Assembly (NCBI GenBank): GCA_965217895.1
Contig: CBDCJV010000002.1
Coordinates: 736,001-800,000 of the forward strand
Source: Waterburya sp.
Lineage (GTDB): Bacteria > Cyanobacteriota > Cyanobacteriia > Cyanobacteriales > Xenococcaceae
Reading direction: 5' to 3'
DNA length: 64,000 nucleotides
The notes under the pieces: model-generated
What the model saw: the letters and a program-made list of their open reading frames with translations, nothing else
What the model was told of the DNA's origin: nothing
Databases searched by the model: none
Made by a program: the position numbers and the translations under genes
Shown here: one piece after another, positions 10,912 through 21,150 of the stretch
How positions within the stretch are numbered: the stretch's first letter is position 1
Layout: the number at the start of each line of letters is the position of its first letter

Positions 10912-12075
10912 ATGATGATCGAAAAAATACTAGGAAGAAAAAATCTTAAGGTAAATATTTCTATTGTTGGCGGTTCTAATTCAGTAATGAGGCAAGGCTA
11001 TGCTAAATATTTAGATGCCTATATTAGAAAGGAAACCTCTTTAGAAACATCGCTAAAATATTATTCTTTGGGTGGTGTACCTAACATTTTTGGTACTATT
11101 CAAGAACACAGATACAACATAGGTGTCAACAGTGATATTGTATTTTTTGAATATTGTGTAAACGATCGCCATGCTATTGAGATAGACCAGTATTCTCTGG
11201 AATTGGTTGGAAAAGCATTAGAAGGATTTATTAGAAAAGTAAACAAATCAAATCCTAACTGCTTAATAGTCATTCTGATATTCGGAATTAATCTAGACAA
11301 TTTTTATAATAATCATTGTCATTTATCAGAGCTTTATCAAAAAATAGGCAATCATTACGGTTTGCCAACAATCGATATTACTAAAGTATTAAGCAATACT
11401 TATAGTTTAGAGTACGTTAAAGCTTTATATAATGATAGAGATCATGCCCATTATTCTAGACCCAGAGGAGTACAAATTGTTTCTCAGACTATTGTAAAAG
11501 AGCTAAAAAGGCTCGGAATAATCAATAATCTACAAGCAATTAAAAACAGCATAAACAAACAAAATAAGCAGTTAGAAATATCTCCTATTTATTATGATAA
11601 TTTTGAGGAGTTGGCTTTTCTTGAACGTTTTGAAAATGACAATTGCTTTTCAAAGCCTCCCAAAATATCAGTTTACCAAAACACAGTTTTCAGGGAAAAA
11701 AATTTTACTATTTATCAAGGCAATTCTTTGAAGTTTCTTTTAAAAGGGAAGCTAATGGCAATTTTTATTAAATCCGATCTTAATGATGGTTTTATTACCA
11801 TTGAATTTAATAAACAACGTATTGTTACTAGCTCCTATTCTTCTTGGGTTAATAATATTAAACCTCAAAACGTTATCAATTTAATTGCTTTACCTTTACG
11901 CCGATTTTCAGCATCTGAGGACTTTGCGATCGCATCAATCAGTTTATGTCCAGAATATCCCCATGATTTTGAGTTGGATTTTAATAAAGCTGTTCCAACT
12001 AAAAAAGACCCTAAAAAATGGAAACTAAGCATTATAGGCATTGCCTATATTGGTGAAATAAAACCGTTAAACTAA
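10912..12075 (+). CDS. SGNH/GDSL hydrolase family protein
   Basis: GGSNS block I, EYCVND block III, DHAH (DxxH) block V; AT-rich. Confidence 0.7.
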   Translation: MMIEKILGRKNLKVNISIVGGSNSVMRQGYAKYLDAYIRKETSLETSLKYYSLGGVPNIFGTIQEHRYNIGVNSDIVFFEYCVNDRHAIEIDQYSLELVGKALEGFIRKVNKSNPNCLIVILIFGINLDNFYNNHCHLSELYQKIGNHYGLPTIDITKVLSNTYSLEYVKALYNDRDHAHYSRPRGVQIVSQTIVKELKRLGIINNLQAIKNSINKQNKQLEISPIYYDNFEELAFLERFENDNCFSKPPKISVYQNTVFREKNFTIYQGNSLKFLLKGKLMAIFIKSDLNDGFITIEFNKQRIVTSSYSSWVNNIKPQNVINLIALPLRRFSASEDFAIASISLCPEYPHDFELDFNKAVPTKKDPKKWKLSIIGIAYIGEIKPLN

Positions 12076-12186
12076 TTAACCTTAGTTCTGGTTAATTTAT
12101 TTAACGGTTAGCGACTAGTAACCATCAACAATCAATTAGAGTATTAAAACTAAACCTCTTGAAAATATGAAAACGCTATAAACAAG

Positions 12187-12396
12187 CTATTTGGATTTAT
12201 AGTTACTATCTAACCAGCATTGAGGAAGATTTTCTCCAGAAGGAAAAACTAGATTTTGCTTGTCAAAAGGTTCTGGAGGCTGTTCATTTTGACCAGCTTG
12301 CATTTGACCTGTTACTTTGTCCTTGAAAGGATCGATTAATTCATCTATTTCAGAAATTTCGACCAATTCATCGTCCTGCTTGTTTTTTAATAACAT
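12187..12396 (-). CDS. Conserved small cyanobacterial protein
   Basis: QAGQNEQPPEPF...LVFPSGENLPQCWLD motif. Confidence 0.7.
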   Translation of the reverse strand: MLLKNKQDDELVEISEIDELIDPFKDKVTGQMQAGQNEQPPEPFDKQNLVFPSGENLPQCWLDSNYKSK

Positions 12397-12589
12397 TAAA
12401 TAGCCCCTTGCTTATGAATGTAAATAAAATATTGTAGGTAGTTGACTTGAAATTTATTACAAGAACAACTGGCAATATTTACACACTCAAAATACTATAA
12501 ACTCGATGCTATTTCCATCTGGCAAAAGGCTTAGATTTTAAGACACACATTATAATCGTATCTCACGGCTATAAAGCTTAAATCAGCAT

Positions 12590-13165
12590 TTAATCAGTTA
12601 AACCGCCAAACACACCCTTGAGGGCAGCGATCGCATCTTCTGCTGCTGCCCAAATACCGTCTTCTGGTTCGTTCCCTGTTAATTGGCGTACGCCATAATA
12701 GTAAATTGCCCCTTTTAATTGTTCTTGATGAGCGCGATTTTTAAAGTTGGCTTTATTGATCGGGTCTACTAGTTTTTGCAAAATACCGTCAGTTGCTTGA
12801 GCTGCTTTATGCACCAATAAACCAGTCATTACTAACTGATGCTTTAGCCCTTCGTGCTGCATAAATTTTTCGTATATGTCCAAATGATTTTCAGACATAA
12901 TACTTTCGATAGTTTGCACCATATTGGTAACGGTATCACTGGGTTGTGAAGTCATTTCCAATTCAGCAATAGCTTCATCAATTGCAGTTAAACTTTTGCG
13001 ATCGTCCTCTAACATATCTGTTAAAGTTTCTGTAACTTTTTTGTTATCAGTGCTTGCCTTTAATAACTTTTCTTCGTTGGAAATCATTAAATTTTGCAGA
13101 GTTTTCATATCTGCTAATTTACGAGCGATCGCATTTTTCTTTGTAGTTTCTAATGTAGCTGCCAT
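12590..13165 (-). CDS. Ferritin-like / hemerythrin-associated helical protein
   Basis: QHEGLKHQ...GLLVHKAAQ...NFKNRAHQEQLKG motif. Confidence 0.6.
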   Translation of the reverse strand: MAATLETTKKNAIARKLADMKTLQNLMISNEEKLLKASTDNKKVTETLTDMLEDDRKSLTAIDEAIAELEMTSQPSDTVTNMVQTIESIMSENHLDIYEKFMQHEGLKHQLVMTGLLVHKAAQATDGILQKLVDPINKANFKNRAHQEQLKGAIYYYGVRQLTGNEPEDGIWAAAEDAIAALKGVFGGLTD

Positions 13166-13518
13166 AAGCTGCTTTTACTCCAATTTCTAATTAATTTCGT
13201 CTAACTGTTATAGTCTGACGTTAATTTTCACGAGAAACATCCTACTTATGATTGATCGATGTTTCCATTTAGCAATTAGAATTAAGTAGACAATGAGGGC
13301 ATTGCTAAATCGGGGTATGATTCACCAACGCCGAAAATATTGTAGGGTCAGAGGTCAGCAAGGTTTATCTTGTTTGCCAACTTAGGATTAAACTTTTCAG
13401 ACTAACTTACAACGATAAATAATTTTATTTTGCTACCTGTTAAAAATGACAGGTGTTTATAGTTTCTGTACTTTAACTATCTTTTATTCCTGTACCTATC
13501 GCTAGTGTCAACTATTCC

Positions 13519-13561
13519 GTAGCAAAATACACAGGCCGATCGAGGACTAAACTTCTAATCT
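13519..13561 (+). promoter_or_regulatory. Putative NtcA-activated promoter of the Nit1C cluster
   Basis: GTAGCAAAATACAC (GTA-N8-CAC, one mismatch) at 13519-13532, then TAATCT 23 nt downstream. Confidence 0.55.
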
Positions 13562-13614
13562 GGTCGGTAACTCAGTCGAAAATTAACCGACTGTTGCAGT
13601 CTTGAAGTGAAATA

Positions 13615-14895
13615 ATGAAAAAGCACTACTCCGTAATAGTTGTGGGTGGTGGTCAAGCTGGTCTTTCAATCAGTTATTGTTTGAAGCAAAAAGGCATCGA
13701 CCACATTGTATTTGAAAAGAATCAGATTGGTTATTCTTGGCAACAAAAACGCTGGGATACATTCTGCCTGGTGACACCTAACTGGCAATGTACTCTCCCT
13801 GGTTATCATTATCCAGGTGACGATCCTGACGGTTTTATGGAAAGAGATGCGATCGTTGAATATGTAAAGGATTATGCCAAATTTTTCAACCCACCAATCA
13901 AAGAAGGAGTAGAAGTATTTTCAGTTAAGAAAAATAATTCTCAAGGGTTATTTGAACTAGCGACTTCTATTGACAACTATACGGCGGATCAGGTTGTTGT
14001 CGCCACAGGCAGCTATCATCAGGCGAAAGTGCCGAGAATGGCGGAAAGGTTTACGGGCGATGTAATGCAACTGCATTCTTCTGACTACAAAAACCCTGAG
14101 TTATTGCCAGAAGGAGAAGTATTAGTAATCGGTAGTGGGCAATCTGGTTGTCAGATAGCAGAAGACTTACACTTGGCAGGTAGAAAAACTCATCTTTGCG
14201 TTGGTGGCGCACCGCGATCGCCTCGTAAGTATCGGGGCAAAGATGTTGTAGATTGGTTAGACCGACTGGGATATTACGATCTGAGTATAGATAAACACGC
14301 CGATCCTGAAAGTGTAAGAAACAAAACTAACCATTATCTTACAGGTCGCGATGGTGGTCATGAAATAGACTTAAGACAGTTTGCTAAAGAGGGAATGCAG
14401 CTATATGGTTCACTCAAAGATATTCAGGGCGATCGCTTAGAATTTAAATCCAATCTAAAGCACAACCTGGATCGCGCTGATAATGTAGCCGAAAGTATTA
14501 AAAAGACTATCGATGAATACATCGTCAGAAAAGAAATAGATGCGCCTACCGAAGAGGCTTATAAGCCAGTTTGGCAACCAGAAGAAGTTGCGCAACTTGA
14601 CTATAAAAAAAGCAACATCACTTCTGTAATTTGGTGTATTGGCTATCAAACTAACTTTAACTGGATTAAAGTTCCTGTATTTGACGGGCTAGGCTATCCT
14701 AGCCACGATCGCGGTGTTACAAGTGCCAGGGGCTTATATTTCGTAGGTCTTCCTTGGCTGTATACCTGGGGTTCGGGAAGATTTTCAGGTATAGCCAGAG
14801 ATGCCGAATATCTGTCTGACTACATTGCCAACAGGATGAAATATGCCTATCCAGGTACATTGCTGGCTGTTAATGAAGCTGCGCTCGGCTCTTAA
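13615..14895 (+). CDS. MSMEG_0569 family flavin-dependent oxidoreductase (Nit1C NitH-like)
   Basis: GGGQAG and GSGQSG Rossmann motifs; RWDTFCLVTPNWQC; context. Confidence 0.85.
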   Translation: MKKHYSVIVVGGGQAGLSISYCLKQKGIDHIVFEKNQIGYSWQQKRWDTFCLVTPNWQCTLPGYHYPGDDPDGFMERDAIVEYVKDYAKFFNPPIKEGVEVFSVKKNNSQGLFELATSIDNYTADQVVVATGSYHQAKVPRMAERFTGDVMQLHSSDYKNPELLPEGEVLVIGSGQSGCQIAEDLHLAGRKTHLCVGGAPRSPRKYRGKDVVDWLDRLGYYDLSIDKHADPESVRNKTNHYLTGRDGGHEIDLRQFAKEGMQLYGSLKDIQGDRLEFKSNLKHNLDRADNVAESIKKTIDEYIVRKEIDAPTEEAYKPVWQPEEVAQLDYKKSNITSVIWCIGYQTNFNWIKVPVFDGLGYPSHDRGVTSARGLYFVGLPWLYTWGSGRFSGIARDAEYLSDYIANRMKYAYPGTLLAVNEAALGS

Positions 14896-14928
14896 CAATG
14901 AACAATGAACAATGAACAATGAACAATT
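14894..14928. repeat. Heptamer tandem repeat (AACAATG)x4 plus one variant, STRR-like
   Basis: Read directly from the sequence. Confidence 0.9.
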
Positions 14929-14939
14929 GTAGAACAATT

Positions 14940-14996
14940 GTAGGGTGGGCATGAAGATAAGTCTTGTATTCAAAAAGCAATTTTAAATTGCCCACC
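14940..14996. repeat. REP-like inverted repeat GTAGGGTGGGCA...TGCCCACC
   Basis: Same arms recur at 35338-35401 with a different spacer. Confidence 0.7.
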
Positions 14997-15044
14997 GCTA
15001 ACGATAAATAATGATTGATAAACTATTTAAAAGGAAAATAAATT

Positions 15045-15527
15045 ATGCCTGAAGTTACTACCCCCGCACACAAAGCTGGTGATTTCTTTGTCGATTACGA
15101 AGAAAAAGTATTTCCCGATATTAAAGCTGAACCAGGAGAAAAAGCATTAGTTACATTTCATACCGTGGCTTTTGAAGGTTCGATTGGTTTAGTAAATTTA
15201 TTACAGGCTACCCGCTTGATTCGCAAAGGTTTTGATACCTCGGTGTTGCTTTATGGTCCTGGGGTAACGTTAGGAATACAGCGAGGCTTTCCGAAGATTG
15301 GCGATGAATCTTTTCCTGGACATCAGGCGATGAACAACCAGCTAATCAAAATTATGGAAGAGGGTGCAAAAGTCTATGCCTGTCGTTTTGCACTGCAAGC
15401 ATTATATGGACATGGTGAACCCTCTCTAATTCCTGGAATTACCCCCATTAACCCTTTAGATGTACTGGATATAGTCTTGATGCACCGCAAAGAAGGCGCA
15501 TTTATCCTTGATACTTGGACAATGTAA
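15045..15527 (+). CDS. MSMEG_0572/Sll0783 family protein (Nit1C NitB, DsrE-like)
   Basis: DYEEKVFPD...[11 protein letters not shown]...[12 protein letters not shown]. Confidence 0.9.
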   Translation: MPEVTTPAHKAGDFFVDYEEKVFPDIKAEPGEKALVTFHTVAFEGSIGLVNLLQATRLIRKGFDTSVLLYGPGVTLGIQRGFPKIGDESFPGHQAMNNQLIKIMEEGAKVYACRFALQALYGHGEPSLIPGITPINPLDVLDIVLMHRKEGAFILDTWTM

Positions 15528-15626
15528 GTCGTAGCTAGTTTAGAACCTATCACTTAGAAGATAACTGTTTGTAAGTAGGAAGTAATAAGTTTAAACCTGC
15601 TGTCAATGTTCGATGGTAAATGATAA

Positions 15627-16655
15627 ATGATGAATGTAAAAGCAGCAGCAGTACAAATATCTCCTGTGCTTTATAGCCAAGAAGGAACTACAGAGAAAGT
15701 TTTAAAAGCGATCACCGATGCTGGCAAAGAAGGGGTGCAGTTAATTGTTTTCCCTGAAACCTTTATTCCCTACTACCCTTATTTCTCTTTTATACAGCCA
15801 CCCGTGTTGATGGGTAAGGAACACATGAGGCTATATGAGGAAGCGGTATCGATTCCTAGTCCTGTTACCGAAGCGGTTAGTAAAGCAGCTAAAGCTAACT
15901 CAATGGTAGTAGTTTTGGGAGTTAACGAACGGGACGGAGGTTCTCTATATAATACTCAGTTAATCTTTGATGCTGATGGTAGTTTATTACTCAAACGCCG
16001 TAAGATAACTCCTACCTACCACGAACGAATGATTTGGGGACAGGGAGACGGATCGGGATTACAGGTATTAGACACGGCTGTCGGTAAAGTGGGTGCTTTA
16101 GCCTGTTGGGAACACTATAATCCTCTAGCTAGATATAGTCTGATGGCACAGCAGGAACAAATACATTGCGCTCAATTTCCTGGTTCGATGGTGGGGCAAA
16201 TCTTTGCCGATCAAACCGAGGTGACGATTAAACATCATGCTTTAGAGGCTGGTTGTTTTGTGGTTAATTCGACTGGCTGGCTAAGTCCCGAACAAGTTGT
16301 TGAAATATGTCCCGATGAGAATCTGCGACGGGTTTTAACTGGTGGCTGCTACACCACTATCATTTCTCCCGAAGGTGTTTGCCTGTGTGAACCCATAACA
16401 GAAGGAGAAGGCATGGCGATCGCCGATTTGGATTTCTCTTTAATTACTAAACGCAAGCGGATGATGGACTCAGTGGGACACTATTCCCGTCCCGATCTAT
16501 TGCAGCTTCAGGTGAATCAAGATGCTCGTAATGTTTGGCAACAAACACCCACAGATTATGCGATCGCCTCAGAAAATGAACTAGCTATTAATGGCAAATT
16601 ACCAACTCCAGAATTACCAAAAATTAACGAACCAAAACCTATAACTAATAATTAA
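15627..16655 (+). CDS. Nit6803-family nitrilase (Nit1C NitC)
   Basis: Catalytic triad in [29 protein letters not shown]. Confidence 0.92.
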   Translation: MMNVKAAAVQISPVLYSQEGTTEKVLKAITDAGKEGVQLIVFPETFIPYYPYFSFIQPPVLMGKEHMRLYEEAVSIPSPVTEAVSKAAKANSMVVVLGVNERDGGSLYNTQLIFDADGSLLLKRRKITPTYHERMIWGQGDGSGLQVLDTAVGKVGALACWEHYNPLARYSLMAQQEQIHCAQFPGSMVGQIFADQTEVTIKHHALEAGCFVVNSTGWLSPEQVVEICPDENLRRVLTGGCYTTIISPEGVCLCEPITEGEGMAIADLDFSLITKRKRMMDSVGHYSRPDLLQLQVNQDARNVWQQTPTDYAIASENELAINGKLPTPELPKINEPKPITNN

Positions 16656-16689
16656 CAATTCTACGCGCCTTAATCGTGCCGCGATCGCC

Positions 16690-17802
16690 ATGACAAATGA
16701 GCAAAAACGCAAATTAATTACAGATCTACAGTCCCAAGGATTAAAACTAGCTGAAAACATTACAGGTGCAGCAGGAAGAAAAGGTGGTGCAGGTCCATCA
16801 GATCACAAAGCTGTAACAATAGACGGCACAACGGTCATGATACCCGTTTACACTAGTGTTGCTGCTAAATCTAACTATACACTTGCAGATTTTCACAAAC
16901 AGTCGCTCAACTATAAGAAATCTTATGTTTTAGAAAAGAATGAAGAGGGTATTGCATCGATCCAATTTCCCAACCAGCCCAAATTTTATAGCCTCAAAAC
17001 TGCCGAAGGGATACCCTACAGTCACATTGCTTTATTGCATAGCCATAACGTCCTTGCCACAACAGTTTTACAAAGCTGCATCCGCTATAGTAACCGCAAT
17101 ACAGCCTGTCAATTTTGCGCCATCGAACAATCTCTAGCAGCAGAAAAAACGATCGCCCAAAAAACTCCCGAACAATTAGCAGAAGTGGCAGCAGCAGCAG
17201 TTGAGCTTGACGGTATAGAACAGTTAGTAATGACTACAGGCACACCCAATACGACAGATCGAGGGGCAGCCTATTTAATTGAATGCGCCAAAGCAGTCAA
17301 AGCGAGAGTCAATTTACCTATTCAGGCACAGTGCGAACCTCCCGATGATTTTATTTGGTTTAAACGAATGAAAGCCTGGGGAATAGATAGTTTGGGAATG
17401 CACCTCGAAGTAATTGAACCAGAAGTGCGCGATCGCATTATGCCAGGCAAAGCCAAAGTATCTCTAGATTATTACTTTCAAGCATTTGAGGCAGCAGCAA
17501 AAGTCTTTGGTTGGGGACAGGTAAGCACTTACATTTTGGCAGGTTTAGGAGACAGCTTAGAAAGCATCACCGATACTTGCGATCGCTTAATAAAGCTAGG
17601 AGTTTATCCCTTTGTTGTTCCCTTTATTCCCGTTACTGGAACACCATTAGCCAACCATCAACCCCCCAGCAGCGAATTTATGTATGCAATCTATGAACAG
17701 GTAGGGGCAATGTTAAATCATGCAGGTATGTCCTCCCAAGATATTAAAGCTGGCTGTGCCAAGTGTGGTGCTTGTTCTGCACTTTCTACCTTTGAACATT
17801 AA
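16690..17802 (+). CDS. MSMEG_0568 family radical SAM protein (NitD)
   Basis: GRKGGAGPSDHK; C-x9-C-x2-C (CIRYSNRNTACQFC); C-terminal CAKCGACS. Confidence 0.9.
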   Translation: MTNEQKRKLITDLQSQGLKLAENITGAAGRKGGAGPSDHKAVTIDGTTVMIPVYTSVAAKSNYTLADFHKQSLNYKKSYVLEKNEEGIASIQFPNQPKFYSLKTAEGIPYSHIALLHSHNVLATTVLQSCIRYSNRNTACQFCAIEQSLAAEKTIAQKTPEQLAEVAAAAVELDGIEQLVMTTGTPNTTDRGAAYLIECAKAVKARVNLPIQAQCEPPDDFIWFKRMKAWGIDSLGMHLEVIEPEVRDRIMPGKAKVSLDYYFQAFEAAAKVFGWGQVSTYILAGLGDSLESITDTCDRLIKLGVYPFVVPFIPVTGTPLANHQPPSSEFMYAIYEQVGAMLNHAGMSSQDIKAGCAKCGACSALSTFEH

Positions 17803-17847
17803 GCGCATTGAACATTGCATCAAATAATTAACAACAACTAACGACGA

Positions 17848-18354
17848 ATGACTAAATACCAATTTAAACTAGCTTTATCACCAGCCCATATAGAAGCTTA
17901 CTTTCTACTAAGACAACAAATTTTCTGTCAAGAACAAGGTATCTTTCAAATGAGCGATCGCGATAACTATGACTCAATCGCTTATCCTATTGTTGCCATC
18001 AATAATGATAACAAGGTTGTCGGAGTTGTCAGGATCTATGAAACCGAACCTGGACTTTGGTACGGTGGCAGACTTGGGGTACATCCAGATTATCGACGAG
18101 GGTGGAAGATTGGCAAAGAATTAATCAATAAAGCGGTAACTACGGCTAATGCTTGGGGCTGCGATCGCTTTTTAGCCACAGTTCAATTAACTAACGTGCG
18201 CTTTTTTCAAAGATTACACTGGAACTCAGTTGAAGAAATTTCTATTTGCGATCAACCCCATCATCTAATGGAAGCTGAACTAGCTTTTTATCCCCCCACG
18301 AATCAAACTCGTCCTAGTTTACCAATGCAGCTACAGCAATTATCCGTTAGCTGA
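17848..18354 (+). CDS. MSMEG_0567/Sll0786 family GNAT acetyltransferase (NitE)
   Basis: LRQQIFCQEQ, WYGGRLGV, FLATVQ..NVRFF. Confidence 0.85.
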   Translation: MTKYQFKLALSPAHIEAYFLLRQQIFCQEQGIFQMSDRDNYDSIAYPIVAINNDNKVVGVVRIYETEPGLWYGGRLGVHPDYRRGWKIGKELINKAVTTANAWGCDRFLATVQLTNVRFFQRLHWNSVEEISICDQPHHLMEAELAFYPPTNQTRPSLPMQLQQLSVS

Positions 18355-18377
18355 CATTAACTCCTTATCAAATTCAG

Positions 18378-18689
18378 CTAACTAATAAAAATTTCAATTG
18401 AACTCAAAAGGTTTGGAAGCTTATTTTGAACTACATCCCAAACGACATCAAGATCAATTTGATCGTATTTATGTACAATTATTTCTCGCCACCTAATTTC
18501 TGGATGACTTTGACGAAACGACTCAGATAATCTTTTAGTTGCCTCGCCAATAATTGTAATTTGATAAAGGATTGCCGAAATTTTTTCATCGTTAGCTTCT
18601 AGCTCTAAAAAGCTGATGCCATCTGAGTAATGTAAAATACGTTTAATAGCATTAACTATATTAATCAGAGATTCTTTGTCACGCAGCAT
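18378..18689 (-). pseudogene. HepT/DUF86 HEPN ribonuclease toxin lacking the Arg of its RX4H motif
   Basis: IIGEATKRLS...HPEIRWREIIVHKYD; the usual xGMRD/N segment before xxxHxY is missing. Confidence 0.65.
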
Positions 18690-18993
18690 AAATAACTCGT
18701 GCAGAGTCTATAATATTGTCTTTTCTAAGCCAATTATCGCTGCGCTCGATCGCTGCTTTAACAATCAAGTCCACCTTTCTATCAAAAATAGCCTCAAGCT
18801 CATCTTGCATTTGTATAGTTTCAGTTAGCCCTCTTTTTGTGTTGGCATCGAAGCTTACCAATACGTCAATATCGCTGGAGACATTGAAATCGTCACGCAA
18901 AACAGAGCCAAATAGAGCAAATTCAATAATCTGCCATTAATGGCAAAATTTTTTGATTTTATCTAAAGGTATGTCGATATTTTGAAACTCCAT
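18679..18993 (-). pseudogene. MNT nucleotidyltransferase antitoxin with an internal stop
   Basis: From ATG 18993 it reads MEFQNIDIPLDKIKKFCH*WQIIEFALFGSVLRDDF...SDIDVLV; in-frame TAA at 18937-18939. Confidence 0.85.
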
Positions 18994-19065
18994 AGACAAC
19001 CAAATTCTTAAACCTCAGCTTAGTATTATAGGCGATCAAAAGACCGCTTAAGAGCCGATTGTATC

Positions 19066-19230
19066 TAGGGCGTGTCATCAATTAAAAAAAAGAGCTTTTT
19101 TTGGTATTTTAACGACCTACTGCGTCGAAAAATAACCTCCGTAGCCCTGCTATGCAGAACATTTTTCTTCTTGTATCTCGCTAAAATACGCTGCAAAAGC
19201 ATTCTTCCCCTCAATTGATGACACGCCCTA
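19066..19230. mobile_element. MITE (165 bp) with perfect 18-bp terminal inverted repeats
   Basis: TAGGGCGTGTCATCAATT at 19066-19083 and AATTGATGACACGCCCTA at 19213-19230; no ORF inside. Confidence 0.85.
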
Positions 19231-19577
19231 AGCAAATAATATAAATTATGTCGCGAACAAAACCAAAAATTGAGGAATTTATAAGTAGATACTTTAAATG
19301 AGGAAGAAATTTTAGTAACATTACTATCTTTGCAGAGCCAAACAGCAAAAAACTATAATCTAACTAACCCTAACGCCACCAAAGTGATTTTTTCAGCTTT
19401 AACTTAAAAATAGCGATCGCGAAGAGAAATTCATAACTTATGATGTAAGTTGGCAGGCTTATAAGTCATCAGTCAATACTTGCATTGTTTAGTATTTTTA
19501 TAATTTGGCAATCAGCAATTAGGCGTAGATAGTTTAAAAAATCGCTTAATCGCTCTTTTTTGCTGTAATTACCAAAT

Positions 19578-19605
19578 GTAATGTAGATTACGTAAAAATA
19601 ACTAC
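19578..19605 (+). promoter_or_regulatory. Two adjacent perfect NtcA boxes upstream of the cynS-urease operon
   Basis: GTAATGTAGATTAC (19578-19591) directly followed by GTAAAAATAACTAC (19592-19605). Confidence 0.65.
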
Positions 19606-19658
19606 AAACTTAAAATTTAAAAAACGCTTTAATGACTTAACAGCAAAATGTCAGCATG

Positions 19659-19747
19659 GCGATTGCAAGACAGCGCGGTCTTGAGGTTTCCTCAAGTGGA
19701 GCGACTGTCGAGGGTGGGTAAGCTGGCTAAACGCCAGCACCCTTCGC
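19659..19747. repeat. Nested hairpin repeat inserted into a split HIP1 site
   Basis: GCGA[81 nt]TCGC with stems CTTGAGG/CCTCAAG, GCTGGC/GCCAGC, AGGGTG/CACCCT. Confidence 0.6.
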
Positions 19748-19919
19748 CATCAATTACAGATATGGTAATTTCCTCAAGCACAAAAGCTATAGATAAGTGA
19801 GGTAATGTGTTAGCTCCCAACGAGGAAATCTGAGTGAATTAGATTTGATTTATATGATGTGTGGTGTGTTCACATGACTACGGATCGCTGGAAATTTATG
19901 GCGGAGGAGGAATTAAATT

Positions 19920-20366
19920 ATGAAAGTATTTCCCGAAATCACTGAAAAATTATTAGCAGCTAAAAAAGAAAAAGGAATTACCTTTGAGGATCTAGAAAAG
20001 GCAGTCGGACGAGATGAAACTTGGATCGCTTCGGTTATCTATCGTCAAGCCAGTGCAGATATGGACGAAGCTACAAAAATAGTTACCACTTTAGGTTTAC
20101 CAGAATCAATGGCTGAACCTCTTACAGTTGCACCCCTAAAGGGTTCTCTTGAGCCTCAAATACCTACCGACCCATTAATTTATCGTTTTTACGAAATTAT
20201 GCAGGTATACGGAATGCCAATCAAAGCCGTAGTCCATGAAAAATTTGGGGATGGCATCATGAGTGCAATTGATTTTTCAGTTGAAGTAGAGAAAGTAGAA
20301 GATCCAAAAGGCGATCGCGTACAGATAGTAATGTGTGGTAAATTTTTACCTTATAAGAAATGGTAG
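19920..20366 (+). CDS. cynS: Cyanase (cyanate hydratase)
   Basis: [31 protein letters not shown]. Confidence 0.95.
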   Translation: MKVFPEITEKLLAAKKEKGITFEDLEKAVGRDETWIASVIYRQASADMDEATKIVTTLGLPESMAEPLTVAPLKGSLEPQIPTDPLIYRFYEIMQVYGMPIKAVVHEKFGDGIMSAIDFSVEVEKVEDPKGDRVQIVMCGKFLPYKKW

Positions 20367-20370
20367 ATTT

Positions 20371-20673
20371 ATGTATCTAACACCAAAAGAAATGGAGCGG
20401 TTAACGATATTTACCGCTGCCGAAATTGCCCGTCGTCGCAAAGCCAAAGGGATTAAATTAAATGTCCCCGAAGCGATCGCCTATATTACCGATGCGCTGG
20501 TAGAAGGGGCGAGGGAAGATAAAACTGTAGCTCAATTAATGAGCGAGGGTGCAGAATTACTGACAATGGATGATGTCTTACCAGGAGTAACAGAATTGAT
20601 TCCCTTAATTCAAGTAGAGGCACATTTTCTTGATGGCACGAAGTTAATTAGTGTTCATAATCCGATTAGATAG
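20371..20673 (+). CDS. ureA: Urease gamma subunit (start moved to ATG 20371)
   Basis: [11 protein letters not shown]...GIKLNVPEA...[19 protein letters not shown]. Confidence 0.9.
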   Translation: MYLTPKEMERLTIFTAAEIARRRKAKGIKLNVPEAIAYITDALVEGAREDKTVAQLMSEGAELLTMDDVLPGVTELIPLIQVEAHFLDGTKLISVHNPIR

Positions 20674-20700
20674 CCCTAGTTCTAGTAGTAAGTAAGATAA

Positions 20701-20719
20701 GGGCGAACGGTCGTTCGCC
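20701..20719. repeat. REP-like palindrome
   Basis: GGCGAAC-GGTC-GTTCGCC hairpin between ureA and ureB. Confidence 0.65.
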
Positions 20720-20731
20720 TGTACAAAAATT

Positions 20732-21097
20732 ATGATTCCAGGTGAAATATTTTTTGCAGAGGATGAGATTGAAATTAATGCAGGTAGAGAGAAGAAAACG
20801 ATCGCGGTAGATAATACAGGCGATCGTCCGATTCAAGTCGGTTCTCATTTTCACTTTTTTGAAGTCAATCGAGCATTAGCATTTGATCGCCCTGCTGCGT
20901 TTGGTTTTCGTTTGGATATTCCTTCTGGAACGGCAGTACGTTTTGAACCTGGAGATACTAAAGAAATTATTTTAGTTGCCCTTGGAGGAAACAGGCGAGT
21001 TATCGGACTTAATAATTTAACCAACGGTGCATTAGATAATTCAGAAATTGAAGCTGTTGCGATCGCTAATGCCCAACAATTAGGTTTTTATCAATAA
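20732..21097 (+). CDS. ureB: Urease beta subunit
   Basis: [39 protein letters not shown]. Confidence 0.93.
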   Translation: MIPGEIFFAEDEIEINAGREKKTIAVDNTGDRPIQVGSHFHFFEVNRALAFDRPAAFGFRLDIPSGTAVRFEPGDTKEIILVALGGNRRVIGLNNLTNGALDNSEIEAVAIANAQQLGFYQ

Positions 21098-21099
21098 CT

Positions 21100-21127
21100 G
21101 TAGGGGCGATTTGCGAATCGCCCCTAC
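21100..21127. repeat. REP-like GTAG palindrome
   Basis: GTAGGGGCGATT-TGCG-AATCGCCCCTAC. Confidence 0.75.
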
Positions 21128-21150
21128 GACTACTAACAATTAACCACAAC

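Noticed and set aside
19620..19919. Guanidine or glutamine riboswitch upstream of cynS-urease
   Set aside because: No ykkC, mini-ykkC or glnA consensus was recognisable, and the hairpins match dispersed repeats found elsewhere in the window. An Rfam scan would settle it.
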